A DNA stretch of 64,000 bases from Macrostomum lignano (GCA_002269645.1 NIVC01000093.1:62001-126000); one strand, 5' to 3'; positions 1 to 13,741 are shown, counted from the first letter of the stretch. The notes: generated from the sequence alone by a model not told the origin. Program-made: numbers and translations.

Positions 1-137
1 AGGCAGTTGTAGATTGGTAGAAAATAAACTGCAACCATAAATAGCTAATAAATTTTCCAATTCAACAATTTTTGTTGATTTCCATGATAGCGGAAACAAC
101 CTTACCATTATTTTTCGCTCTGAACACCTGCCTGCAG

Positions 138-431
138 GTATGCTGGTGGCTGCTCCTATGCAACAGCGCAGTCAACCCATTCTTATACATCCAGTCCTGC
201 GATCCTGTCTGCTACTTCTACCTCAGCCAGTTCTGCTGCTGCTGTCCCTGCGTTGTGAGGCGTTCTGACCTTCGATCTAGGCGAACCAGCTCGGTGATGT
301 ACCAGCAGCAGCATCATCAGCATCATCAACAGCAGCATCATCTGTCGCTATCTTTGCAGCCATCTCAGGAGCCTCTGACTCTGGCGAGGTGTAACTCGTT
401 CAATCAAGGAGGTATATTTGTCTGTGCCTGA
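138..431 (+). CDS. Terminal coding exon of a class A (rhodopsin-like, probably aminergic-type) GPCR: TM7 and cytoplasmic tail
   Basis: Acceptor CTGCAG ends at 137. The exon reads VCWWLLLCNSAVNPFLY (TM7 NPxxY motif), then a Cys cluster, a Q/H-rich stretch and TGA at 429-431. Upstream exons lie outside the window. Confidence 0.8.
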   Translation, partial: VCWWLLLCNSAVNPFLYIQSCDPVCYFYLSQFCCCCPCVVRRSDLRSRRTSSVMYQQQHHQHHQQQHHLSLSLQPSQEPLTLARCNSFNQGGIFVCA

Positions 432-1076
432 AAGATTGCACATAAAAATATGCTTGCTTTTAGCAATTTTAATCAAGTGAAACTTGACAAAATCAGCTGG
501 CAATATCGACAAACTATATTATACATGTACAGTGCACATGTACATATAATTCATTCTACTGTACAAACCACAGCTACCTGTGAGGGCCAGCCAACAAGGC
601 ACAGATAGTGTACATGCGTGAAAAGATTAGAAAGTTAGCGAAATGGGCAGAATTGTCTCAGCCAGAGCTGATTGCATGGGACAATGTATCTATAAATCCC
701 ATCATTTTCACCGGCAAGGTACCCACCTGGAGCTGCTGCCATCGACTGTAGCGTCGCGGATCTCGAACGTTAACACGCCTACAACTCCCGACAACATGCC
801 CTGTCAAGTCGGTATCAGCCGGTCAGCCACGTACAGCAGCTGCAATTCCAGAACTCTGCTGCTAGTAGCAGCCGGCGGCAGCCGGGGGCCGGCCGGCAAA
901 CCTGGCGCTCCATGATTGACAGTTGAAATATCGATTTGAGATTTCGATCGTTTTCATTCCATCTTTGCAATGCAATCTTCATTCTATTTAAATTTTGACT
1001 AGTTAGGAGTTTAATTTGTCTGGAATTAAACTGGTAAGTCCTTCCTTTGTTTGTTGATTGATAATTTCCATTGTTT

Positions 1077-1621
1077 ATGTCTATGGTATGTCTACGGTAT
1101 GTATATGGTATGTCTACGGTATGTATATGGTAATGTCTACGGTATGTATATGGTATGTCTACGGTATGTAGACATACGGTATGGTATGTCTACGGTATGT
1201 ACATGGTATGTCTATAGTATATCTACGGTATGTATACGGTACGTCTACGGTATGTCCATGGTACGTCTACGGTACGTCTACGGTACGTCTATGGTATGTC
1301 TACGGTACGTCTACGGTATGTCTATGGTATGTCTACGGTACGTCTATGGCATCTACGTATGTTTAAGGTATGTCTATGGTATGTCTACTGCATGTGTATG
1401 GTATGTAAACGATGCGCCTACGGTGTGCCCATGTGTGTCTACGGTATGTGTACTGTATGTCTATGATATTTCTACGGTATGTCTACGGTATGTCTACTGT
1501 ATGTTTACGGTATGTCTACGGTATGTCTACTGTATGTTTACGGTATGTCTACGGTATGTCTACTGTATGTTTACGGTATGTCTACGGTATGTCTACTGTA
1601 TGTTTACGGTATGTCTACGGT
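1077..1621. repeat. Minisatellite, about 11-bp unit GTATGTCTACG
   Basis: Directly visible tandem units; source of the spurious MVCLRYVYG ORFs. Confidence 0.9.
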
Positions 1622-2855
1622 TATAAATTCACGCTCGTATACATATTTATCATTATGATTGCAAACTCTTCTAATAAAGTGCAATAAGTATTTTGATTGT
1701 TGTTGTCGATTGCAAAACATATTTTAATATTAAAATTTTACATAAAACTGTTTATTCACCTAGGAAACATTAATGTAAAAAGCATAATTTGCGAGAATTT
1801 TAGCGCATACGATTTCTCTGTTCTAGCACAGTAAAGTACATGTACTGAGTTCATACTGCAGTAGTCTAATGGACCAGTAAATTGTTGTATATATCACTTC
1901 AATTTTTCGCGCTTATTGAAATTTGCTTTATCTCAAATATTTCTGCGTTGCATGTCTTTTTTATCGGTGATGACAATTATTTGTGTTTTATTTGATAATT
2001 GTATAATGCAAGTACTTCTAATCTGGAGCATTAATCTATATGCAAATTTATTGTACGTGTTTACGGTTTACTTAGTAGGCTTAAGTAGGTCGCTGAACTC
2101 TAAAAAACATTGCAAATTTTGCTGCAAAAAAGTTTGATAAACTCGGGAATATGTGATGTGCTTCGATATATTAATTATCAGGATCATAACCACACATAAA
2201 GAACAAACTCACAGCTATTAATATAAGTCCATTCACAACCCTTAAACAGTCATAAACTAATTCACAAGTCATACACAAACTTCAGTCAGTTCTGCGCACT
2301 TTTGGCTCCATTAGTAACTCAATAAAAAGTGTAGCTCGTACACCAAGCTCTCAAATGTCTTTTAATACGTCCACCGGATGTGGTCGACCATTCCTTCCCC
2401 CCTCCCAGGTGAAAAAGTACCAAGCAAAGTTTCTGAGCACAGTCATCGAATCATCGATCAGGCAATTCATTATGATTAACCCGCCAGATGCCGCGTGAAC
2501 CCTCGCGGCAGCAAATGTGGTGGCAGGATATCGCGCTGCCTCCGGTTTTATCGGCTTAAATCCCAGGAAGAAATTAGCATAGATGATTATCTATCGGCAG
2601 CCCAAATAGCCTCAAGCCGGTTGGGCTCGCGTCGCCCCCCGGTTGATCTGCTTCATTATTCAAACATTTGATATCTCTTTTTATTATTGTTGGCTAACTA
2701 ATTCTCCGCCAAATGTAACGTTGAAGTTTTGGCGCGTGCGACGAGATAACGGTCTCTGTGAATGATACTAAATATAGCTGACTAATGGCTAAATAATATG
2801 ATTTTCCATTCTTAGATTGAAGGACAAGATATGCACTATAGCTGTATTGTAACTG

Positions 2856-3419
<564 letters not shown>

Positions 3420-5897
3420 AGGTTCAGCGATTGGTTAATTTTACCTATCCAGGCACATTGAAGCTCCTTGTAAAATAGTCTTGCTACGGGCCGAAGCAGC
3501 AAAACAAAATAGCTCGCATGATGCGAGTCGAACTTAATAGAAAAATATTATTGTCCTTATTCTGATAGCAACATTTTATTACCTCCATGCCGCCAAAGAA
3601 AAAGCAGAGGAATTCATGGAGCTTACTGGAATTGCGGCGTATGAAAGCCGCATGCTCCTCGGGTGATCGACAGACGGCGCCATATCCGGTTGGAAACTTG
3701 AAAAGTTTAAATGTGCCCTAGCTGTACCATGTAGCTATAGTCTATATATCACACCTCACTCGTACCGCAAACGGGAATGTCGGGGAGCATCGTGCGCATA
3801 CAGATAAGCTATGAGCGCTTGTTCCTTCAGCAATAAATAATTATATTGTCTCTTTCAAACTGAAAACTGGCTTGTATGTTTTCGTCAAATAAAAACAGGT
3901 AGATATACGAGAACTCGATCTAGCTATCTTGCGTTCCTGGCGTTTATTTCTGTGTAGTGTAGACAGACATGTAGGTTCAACACCGTGATGCGGAAGTCCG
4001 AGCGCGCCCGCTCGAGAACAAACAACACTAACGCCACGGGTGAATTTTGCTAGCGGACGCGACATACTCCAGAAGCAGCTACAGAGCTTGCAATGTTTAT
4101 TACGGCCAACGCCGGAAGGCGTGTGGCAGATTCACCATGAGAAGGTTCGCACAGCGGGCGCGAGAGTAACGTCACACGAAAAACTGCGACACGGTGGCAC
4201 CACTGGTCTCGAGGTAGGAATCACAGGCTGGTACACTGTGATCTGCGCCTGCAGAGGGACCTGCTGTTGCACCGACCACCGCGATCGAGTCGGCGCCGAA
4301 ACGTTGTCCCGCGCAGCTGGCAAAACCCACCCGTGAGGAGCCACTTTACTGCAGCCTTGTTAAGGCTCTCAAAGGGGAGCCCAGCTACTTCCACAGCTTT
4401 ACTCAGACATCTGTACTCCGACATCTGTACTCAGACATCTATGCCACTGTCTATGGTGCCGTCACGAGCTGGACTGCCGCTGGCACAAATGGTGGTAACA
4501 CATGCAAACGGTGGTAAAACGGCATGACTGCATGTATGACAAGACGGCGAACAAATTAAATAGAGTAACAGAGTAACGGACAACCCAGCAGGGGCCAAGT
4601 AGAGAAGCCCTGGCAGAGACCTTTAAAACGCGGCAGTGCTTTTTAAACGCGCGTGGACCCGCCATATAGATCCGTGAAATCATTGCCGCTGGTGCGAACA
4701 AGAGAAGCACGTTGTCTGGACGGCCTCAACTAGCTGACGGGCCGCAGTTGCGACACAACGCACTAAATCTGGCTGGGTAAAACATCCTTAAAGAGACGAA
4801 ACAAGCTATCAGACTTCTTTTCCGGCATAATCAATGCGCTTCTGCCACCGCGTGAGACAACTTGCTTTTAACTGATTTCGCATCGCAATCATAACCCAAC
4901 GCGGACTGACAAGATCTGCGCTTGCATGCTCATTTGGACAGTAAGCAATTCAGCTTTGCTTAGGTTGTTGACTGTGTTTAGTGGTTTTTTTTTAAATAAC
5001 AGGCTGGCGGGGAATATGCACAACGGCTTTAATTTAAATACGGCTAGGCTACTCTGCAATGCGTTCGGTGTTTTCTAAGAAAGTTGCAGCTTTTTAATTT
5101 TCTTACGCATGACAACGTTGAGCTTAAGCCACGCCCCACGGCCAAATCGGCCAGCGTCCTGGCAAACAAGTTCGACGTTTTATTGAGCTTAGCTTTAATG
5201 CAAAGGATGATCTATGAGCTAGTAGGCATTTTCCGTTTTTTAATATTCTAAGAAACTTCCACTTTTGATTAGTTCATTAGTCACTTTCTAACTGTCTCTT
5301 TTAATTGTAGCAAAAAGTAATAGGCCTATGATTCATAACTGTTCTATATCTATGTTAAGGTGAAAAAATTGTTTAATAATATTGTTATCTGATAGCAATA
5401 TAAAGCCGAAGAGGGCCAATGGCGCTTGGCTATCTATTTTATAGGCCTCTAGATTTAGAAAAATAAAAATGAATTATCAGCCTAGGGTATACTTTAAAGC
5501 TTAGTTCATTTGTATAAAAGCTTGTAGATGCAATAAGAAGAATCTAAATTACTTTAAAGTATTTTTTAGCTATAATTACCACCAAGTACTATTGTTCATA
5601 CATTTAGGCCTTTTGCTAAATTGTACAATATTAGGCAACTTAGTAATTTTATCTAAATTTAATTAAATAAGGAGGGCTACAATACATAAGGCTTGTTAGA
5701 AATAGATTTAGATAGACCAACAGGCAATAGCAAATAGGGGCCTAGAATTAGGTTTATTTTTATTGCTACTATAATTTAAAAAAATAGGCCTAATCTTTTA
5801 TGCTAGCTGAATATATATAGAAAATTATTGGTTTTAAGCATTTTAAATTAAATTTTAAATATATATAACAATATAAATTATGTTTAGTATATAAATA

Positions 5898-6996
5898 GGG
5901 CTTCTTCAAGTTTATGTTGATAAAATACTTCCGATTTTGCAATTTTTCTGAAATTTTCACCAGACACTTGATGGATGCCCAAAATGATAAAAAAGCAAAA
6001 TAATCACCAAAAAACCATATTCTATGGTGATGCGACCTCAGTTTATTAATAGACTATTGTGTCAATGAGAATTCGACAAAAATTGTTTCAATGAAATTTG
6101 TATTTAAAAATAAACATTTTTTTGAAATAAAAGTTAACTTGTTTTGTGAATATAAAATTAAAAAATTACAATAATATTCATAATTTTTCAATTATAATGT
6201 ATAGTAAATATAAATGAATACAAAATTTGATATTGAGTTTTGTTATAATGTCAAATAATTGCCTCATCATGGTTTCTTCTTTTTTAAATTTGCCACATCT
6301 ACCATGCACAATATTGTCTCCCGCATTCTGAATTGTTGCTACCTTTGCCACTGTGGTTGACATTAATACCTCTTGCCGAATGATTTAGTAATGTAAGTAC
6401 TTTATCATATTATAAATGTCTGTAATATTCAAGTTTGCGTTGATAAAATCAACCTCCATGAAGAATCCCCTACCCAAAAATCCCTTATTCCATTCCATGC
6501 CCTAATAGTTGGTCATTGACCTTTTTCGTAAGGATCGAGCCCTTTTTCCCTGAGTTTGGAATTTATCAACACCTTCTTAAATAGGTCTCCATGCCTCTAA
6601 TAAAGTTTATGTTGATAAAATCAACCCCCATGAAGAATCCCTTATCTTAAAACCCCATCCCATTCCTCATGCTCCAGTGTTTGGTCATTGACCTTTTGGT
6701 AGGGTCTACCCCTCCACTGAGTCTGGAATTTATCAACATCATCTTGAATAGGTCTCCATGCCTCTATTCAAGTTTATGTTGATAAAATCAATCCCCATGA
6801 AGAATCTCCCCACCCTAAAACCCCCCATTCCCCATGTCCCGGTGGTTGGTTTTAAGCGCCTACATATAGTTGGGTTGAAGCTATCAAAAAATGAAGCTCA
6901 AATTTGAAATCAGCACCATCAAAAACTCCTATAGAGACAAAATTATGCTCCTATTAAAATTGCAACTAATTTATCAACATAAACTTGAAGAAGTCC
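5898..6996. mobile_element. Non-autonomous TIR DNA transposon (MITE-like) with 8-bp TSD
   Basis: Left end GGGCTTCTTCAAGTTTATGTTGATAAA (5898-5924) is the inverse of right end TTTATCAACATAAACTTGAAGAAGTCC (6970-6996) with one mismatch. TATAAATA flanks both ends (5890-5897, 6997-7004). No transposase ORF inside. Confidence 0.8.
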
Positions 6997-8317
6997 TATA
7001 AATATTAAAAATAAGAATAAAAAAATTACTAAGGTAGGTATAGCCAAAGCCTTTATAGACATAAACATTCTCTAGTGTTATAGGGGTTTTACTTCTGTCC
7101 CTACAAATGATTCCACAGCTGTTACCAAATTGTTACAGGCCTTTTGGCTCTCTATAAAATTCCACCGTTATGCTACCAAAGTTGTAACAAGGCTACTTTA
7201 CTATTCTTTTAAGTGTTCTTGTTAGGTTGGTAGCTGCCACCAAGATTATTCTATTAATAAATTATGAGTTTATCAATATTAGAATAATCTGAAAAATGTT
7301 TCTTAGAATAGGTCTGAGTATTTAGTCTGAGTATTTATTCTGAGTATTAGTCTGAGTATTATTCTTAGAAAAACTGTTAGCCCTGAGAGGTGTACTCTTC
7401 TGATTATTCTGGTAGCATTCTATTATTCTGGTAGCGTTCTACTTAATAATGGCCTGAGCGGTATTCTGGCTTACTGGTATATGTGTTTCATGTACTTTGC
7501 AAGTCCTTGGGCGTTACCGAGATGAGAGGGTCACAGCCTCCGTTATTCTTACACGTCTTACTTCAGATCTACTTCGCAACTTATCACTACTCAACACTTT
7601 CCTTCTTAGTAGTATATACGGTACACACCTCCGTCTACTTCACTCTTACTTCTTAAAGTAATGAATACAGAAAGCACTTCTTCAATTCTTATTTTCTCTG
7701 AACTGCTATTAACTTGTATTATGGAACCGCGATGCGCGAGGTTGCTTCTCCCTCCGCCAAATTTGCTTCTATTTATACTATTTTATTCGTAGATTTAAAA
7801 CAAAAATTATATTTGTAAAATATTATGAAAAAATCGTACAGTATAACAAACTATTTACTTAGTGTTTAGGCACGAATTTAAAAACATTATTACTCGTACA
7901 ATTATAGATCGCCCTGCACATCTAGTTTGTTTCCAATTTTTTAATAAGTTCAATTTATTATTTAGAGAATTTAGGTTTTAGGCCTTATATTATTTACAAT
8001 AGAAAATAAAGGATTGAATAAATGCTAGATATTATTTACTCAAAAAATTATGCCAATGCATTTCAACTGTAAAAGAAGCTTATAGAGATATACAATGCAA
8101 CAACAACAAAACAACACAATGTATAATATAATTTATTATTTGAGCAAAAAATTGATTTAGATAGAGGAGGAATAAAAAAAGAAAAAAGATACATTTTTAA
8201 AAAAAATTATAGGCCTACCAATTGGTTTAAGTATTTTTTTATCTAATATACTTTGAAATGCAATTTAATTTTTTGTATTTTCTTTTTAACTTGCTTATAT
8301 ATACTCTGGACTTCTAG

Positions 8318-8690
8318 GAACAAGTGCAGCAGGCAAAGAAAGAATTTGCCAAAGCAGTGGCAAAATATATTGAAGCTTATCTACTACTGACTTCACCTTA
8401 TATGAAGCATCAGAATGTAGAGATGATTTCTAAATTTTTAACTTATGCATCTTCCCTACAAGAGGCAAGTATTATTTGAAAGAAATAATATTCAAATTCT
8501 ATTTACAATCTTATTCATTAATGCTGTTGTCTTTCTTTTTTAGATGCTTACAAAATTGGATAGTTCTAATGAACAGCATTTAAAATTAATTTCTAGTTTA
8601 ATAACACATTCTGTGTCTCATCTCTGCCCTGATTTGGCAACTGTGCTCACCTATGACAGCTTAAGAAATGGGGTCGCACTCATGATTCAG
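8318..8690 (+). CDS. Two putative coding exons (8318-8464, 8544-8690) of an unidentified gene
   Basis: Both are open, phase 0-0, in AT-rich DNA with polypyrimidine acceptors, joined by a GC-AG intron (GCAAGT at 8465). Joined peptide EQVQQAKKEFAKAVAKYIEAYLLLTSPY...LRNGVALMIQ. No family recognised. Confidence 0.45.
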
Positions 8691-8896
8691 GTTTGTTGGC
8701 AGACTGCTCTTATAAATCAATTATAATTCTGTTTCAGGCTATCTCTTGCCCACACCTTTCATTAAGGTTGATTAGTGAATCATAGTAGCAAAAGTAAAAA
8801 AATGATAGAATGAACTAGAGACAAAACAACATGACAGAGGGTTTACGAGAATTGCTTCACATAGATTATCGTGCCTGCCATTGAGTATATTTAAAG

Positions 8897-9900
8897 GGCG
8901 CCAGCTACAGATGGGGCGCCAGCTACAGATGGGGCGCCAGCTACAGGGGGCGCCAGCTACAGGGGGCGCCAGCTTCAGAGGGGGCGCTAGCTACAGATGG
9001 GGCGCCAGCTACAGATGGGGCGCCAGCTACAGATGGGGCGCCAGGTACAGGGGGTGCCAGCTTCAGAGGGGGCGCTAGCTACGGAGGGCGGGCCAGCTAC
9101 AGAGGGAGCGCCAGCTACAGAGGGGGTGCCAGCTACAGAGGGGCGCCAGCTACGAAGGGCGGGTCAGCTACAGAGGGGGCGCCAGCTACAGATGGGGCGC
9201 CAGCTACAGGGGGCGCCAGCTACAGGGGGCGCCAGCTTCAGAGGGGGCGCTAGCTACAGATGGGGCGCCAGCTACAGATGGGGCGCCAGGTACAGGGGGT
9301 GCCAGCTTCAGAGGGGGCGCTAGCTACGGAGGGCGGGCCAGCTACAGAGGGAGCGCCAGCTACAGAGGGAGCGCCAGCTACAGAGGGGGTGCCAGCTACA
9401 GAGGGGCGCCAGCTACGAAGGGCGGGTCAGCTACAGAGGGGGCGCCAGCTACAGAGGGGGTGCCAGCTACAGAGGGGCGCCAGCTACTGAGGGGGCGCCA
9501 GCTACACAGGGGGTGCCAGCTACAGAGGGGGTGCCAGCTACAGAGGGGCGCCAGCTACACAGTGGGTGCCAGCTACACAGGAGCGCCAGCTACAGAGGCG
9601 GCGCCAGCTACAGAGGAGCGCCAGCTACAGAGGGGCGCCAGCTACAGAGGGGGTGCCAGCTTCAGAGGGGGCGCCAGCTACAGAGGGGTGCCAGCTACAG
9701 AGGGGCGCCAGCTACAGAGGGGCGCCAGCTACAGAGGGGGTGCCAGCTACAGAGGGGGTGCCAGCTACAGAGGTGGCGCCAGCTACAGAGGGACGCCAGC
9801 TACACAGGGGGTGCCAGCTACAGAGGGGTGCCAGCTTCAGAGGGGGCGCCAGCTACAGAGGGGTGCCAGCTTCAGAGGGGGCGCCAGCTACAGAGGCTTC
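8897..9900. repeat. GC-rich minisatellite, 17-18-bp unit GGGGCGCCAGCTACAGA(G)
   Basis: Directly visible; same family occurs inverted at 58270-58725. Confidence 0.9.
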
Positions 9901-10014
9901 AGCTAATTCGCTGACCCAAATGCAAACAGCTGCCACTCAGTCAACAGTTGCATATGAAACTATTTATTTATAATTTTGTATTATTCATTTACATTTTTTC
10001 TCCAAATTTTTCAG

Positions 10015-10098
10015 GCCATTTTGTGCAGCAGTCATGCTTCTAAAGAAGTGAAAAACTTTGTACTGACAAAATACTCAACTCAAGCAGCTCCTGTTAAT
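10015..10098 (+). CDS. Putative 84-nt coding exon of the same unidentified gene
   Basis: TTTTTCAG acceptor, GTAAGA donor, phase 0-0, reads AILCSSHASKEVKNFVLTKYSTQAAPVN. Confidence 0.4.
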
Positions 10099-10661
10099 GT
10101 AAGAAGATTTTCAATTTTGTTGGAATTCTTGGTATAGGACTTCTGCAAATTCTGCACTGAATTGGTGGGGAAGAGATGCTGATATTTTGTTTGCCATTTT
10201 TATGATTTTTAGGCACAGTATACATTTACGATTGTACTTAATATATAAAATGAACGTAAAATCCTAATTTTCTAAGCAAAAAACTTTATAAATATTAATA
10301 GAGCTATAAGAAAGGCAAGGCATATCAAAATATGAACATTTGGTCTGCCTCCTATCAAAAGCAATAACAATTTTCGTGCTGAGAAAATTAAAACCTCTTA
10401 TCTCCGTTATGTATTTCTTCGTCTACAAGCACTGTAGTGACTAAAAAATGGTGCAGTGCAGATAGGAAATTTTTTTCATCAATGATTGCATTTGATCTAG
10501 TTCAGTGAAAATTAGCATTCTTTTGAAGCACTTAGGGTTGATTTGGGGTGGCCTGGTAGGTCTTTGAATCCCACCTGTGCTTCTCCTTCTGTCTAGCACA
10601 GTGATTTGGGCTCTCCGTCTTTTCAACCGGAAGCCTTCTATTAGCTCTTAGTAGCGTAGGT

Positions 10662-11485
10662 AGTGCTGCCACCAGTTCCTTCAGGTCTCAGCCTTCGATG
10701 AGGTGAGCTTCCTGTCGGAACGAAATAAGCAAGTCAACGAACTCAGCACAACATGCAGATTTGCAGATTAATGAACAAGGCGTCCTGGTCAGCAGATCCC
10801 GCCGGGCTCAGGGGATGGCTGGGAAGGCAGTGTTAGCCTCCCTTAGGCTTGGGCGTCTAAGTTTAGTCAGGCCAATGACAGATAGCTTAAATGGGCAGCT
10901 TAACGAAGTCTAGAAAACTAGACTAAAGAAGAACAACAAAAAGAGGAAAGATTACAATAAGACAACGAAGACTAATAAGACAAATCCTTGACTGAACCAA
11001 GGGTGAGGGGCACGTATTTATAGGCAGGGAATCCCCGCTGCGCCAGTGTGCGCCGGACCTCGTGACTCTGTTCTATTTTTAGAACTGACGTCACCCTCAG
11101 CCTTAGAGAAGGAAGGGTCTGCAGGTAAAGTGCACAGGGCCGCATGACTCAGTATCTATTTTTAGAAACATGAGTCACATGTTACCTCAGAGAAGGCAAG
11201 GGCCCCGAAGCACGTGATTCCTCCCGGACTTCGAGAAAACAAGACTTGTCAGGTGACTTGCTCACACGACAAGGGAAACAGGCCACCAGCGCGACCTCAG
11301 GACAGGAACGAAACGCAGAGCAGGCCACAGCAGGGAAGCTCGTGGCTGCAAGCAAGAGCGCAGAGAAGAGGGGGGGCGCCAGAGAACAGGCAGCAAAGGG
11401 GAGGGAGGCTGCCCAGCGGCAGACAGCAACCTAGGGCGAGGGCGAGGGCGAAGGAAGCTGACTGACAATAGTGCAACGCCTAACA
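10662..11485 (-). mobile_element. LTR-like fragment followed by a PBS-like sequence
   Basis: Minus strand starts TGTTAGGCG at 11485, contains TATAAATA near 11020 and ends ...GGAAC followed by TGGTGGCAGC (PBS-like). GC-rich island in an AT-rich intron. No partner LTR or pol found. Confidence 0.4.
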
Positions 11486-11888
11486 CCAAACTAGCGGATC
11501 ACTACGCTTTTAATTTATGTAGCATGCGTAACATGTTACTCTATGAAATTATTGTATATGGTTGTGTATGTAGGATCTAATATGCAATAAAAGAATGCAA
11601 TTATACCTACAATAATGGTCTTAAGAGTGCCGAAATTCTAAATTTTTATTAACAAATAAAAATTTCAAAGTCTTCACCGCCCCAGATCAAATGCAATCAT
11701 TGATTTTTGTGATGATAAAATCACTACTTCCTTATCTACGCGGAACGTGTATTCATTTCAGGAAATTGGCCTCCAAGAATTACACGATCTTTGTGTTTTT
11801 ACAGCCTGTTATAGTACAGTGGTCCTTGATTTGTCTATGGCGAAACCCCTTTAGGCACTCTGCACCGTTCATTTCATTCAACTTTCAG

Positions 11889-13741
11889 GCTCAGCTATCT
11901 TCCATTGGCTCGCAGTTGCGCACAGTATTCTCGAATAATGTGGCTTCAGTTGACTCGGGCTTAGCTTGCGTGCATTCGCATCAGCTGTTAATTAGATGTC
12001 GAGGCTACCTGCTAGCAGAGAATCAAAGCTATGATGATCCCGCTGCCATTAATGCTGTTGTTAGGGGATATTTGCTCTATCTGATTGAGCAGTGCCCTGC
12101 TGGTATGGCGGTGAGTTCATATCGTAACTGTTGCCTTTTTTAATCTCTAAGTGGGATGTAATCAGTTTCTAAGAATGATGATTTTGAATTTTTGTGAGGC
12201 TCCTGTGATCAGTTTCTAAGAATGATGATTTTGAATTTTTGTGAGGCTCCTGTGATCAGTTTCTAAGAATGATGATTTTGAATTTTTGTGAGGCTCCTGT
12301 AAATAGTTTCTAAGAATCATGATTTTGAATTTTTGTGAGGCTCCTGTGATCAGTTTCTAAGAATGATGATTTTGAATTTTTGTGAGGCTCCTGTAATTAG
12401 TTTCTAAGAATCATGATTTTGAATTTTTGTGAGGCTCCTGTGATCAGTTTCTCAGAATGATGATTTTGAATTTTTGTGAGGCTCCTGTGATCAGATTCTA
12501 AGAATGATGATTTTGAATTTTTGTAAGGCTCCTGTAATTAGTTTCTAAGAATGATGATTTTAAATTTTTGTGAGGCTCCTGTGATCAGATTCTCAGAATG
12601 ATGATTTTGAATTTTTGTGAGGCTCCTGTGATCAGTTTCTAAGAACTATGATCTTGAATTCCTACCATTCTACTTGCAGAGCCTATTGATTCGAGCGACC
12701 ATAAGGCCGGAGATTTTGCAATTCTCAGACAATAATTGCCCCAGCAACAAGGCCATTATTGATTCCGTTAACAGCTTCGTGCGTCTGGAACTGCTGAGAG
12801 AGCAACCGACCATTGCAGACCTGTGAGCGAGAGTGGGTGACCTTTTATTCAGTAGTTAATTTCGTCTAAACCGCAGCCAAAGTACATTTGGATGCTTATG
12901 AACTTTATTAAAGTACATCGGATGCTTAATGAATTATAGTTAAAGTACATCGGATGCTAAATGAACTATAGTTAAAGTAAATTGGATGCTTATGAACTAT
13001 ATTTAAAGTACATCGTATGCCTAATGAACTATAGTTAAAGTACATTGGATGCTTAATGAATTATAGTTAAAGTACATCAGATGCTGAATGAACTATAGTT
13101 AAAGTACATTAGATGCCGAATGAACTATAGTTAAAGTACATTAGATGCACAATATATGCTTTATAAAATGCAGTTAAAGTCCATAGAATTCCTATCGACC
13201 ATAGTTAAAGTACATTTTCTTCTTAGATAAAGATTTTTAGTATATAGGATGTAAGGATCTGAACCATACTTAAAGTAAAATTATTTTTATGAACTATAGT
13301 CAAAGTGCTGCTATATTTTACGAGCCTTAGATGTACTCTTACTAAGCTCAACCCAGTCCCTCCGGCACCTTGCGCCCTCCATCCTCTCGCTGCAGACACC
13401 TGGCCCTCTTATGCATAGAGCCGGACATTCTCCTGTCTCTGCTCGGCCACCCGAACCTGTCCGCCATTGCCTGTTCGGCCATTAACTCTGCCTTCGTCCG
13501 CCTGTCCGAAACTTCAATAACCGTGTCCGACAATCGCTTGAGTTTAAATCTGCCCGAATCTCTGGCCTGGCTAAGAGGCGACCTCGTCATAGCAACGGTT
13601 GCTAAGCAACTGCGCGCCATTCTAGCCAGTCCGTTGCCGCAGTGTGTCCGAATTTTGCATCGCCTCGAATCGTTGGCCGATTCGAGGTCGGCCGGACTGT
13701 CCCTGCTACTGCAGTCTTTGTTTGAGCACTTTGGCGTCTGA
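11889..13741 (+). CDS. Three 3' exons (11889-12110, 12680-12822, 13396-13741) of an unidentified gene encoding a Leu-rich, probably helical protein
   Basis: Canonical AG acceptors and GTGAGT/GTGAGC donors. Phases 0, 0 and 2 join without stops through to TGA at 13739-13741 (...PAGMA|SLLIRATIRPEIL...TIAD L|HLALLCIEPDILL...FEHFGV*). Confidence 0.6.
12161..12660. repeat. Intronic tandem repeat, 47-bp unit, about 10.5 copies
   Basis: Unit ATCAGTTTCTAAGAATGATGATTTTGAATTTTTGTGAGGCTCCTGTG. Confidence 0.9.
12875..13215. repeat. Intronic tandem repeat, about 31-bp unit
   Basis: Unit approximately AAAGTACATTGGATGCTTAATGAACTATAGTT. Confidence 0.85.

Noticed and set aside
3580-4750. GC-rich stretch with short ORFs (MPPKKKQRNSW..., 4040-4336, 4132-4344, 4462-4710)
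   Set aside because: No recognisable domain, TIR pair or consistent splice chain in any frame I translated; may be a decayed element or 5' exons of the unidentified gene.
7260-7800. LTR- or promoter-like segment with a minus-strand TATAAATA
   Set aside because: No TG...CA ends, PBS, partner copy or TSD could be identified.
13396-13460. HLALLCIEPDIL as a hAT dimerisation-domain remnant
   Set aside because: The resemblance is short, and the segment splices in phase to upstream exons and continues as a long non-hAT ORF.
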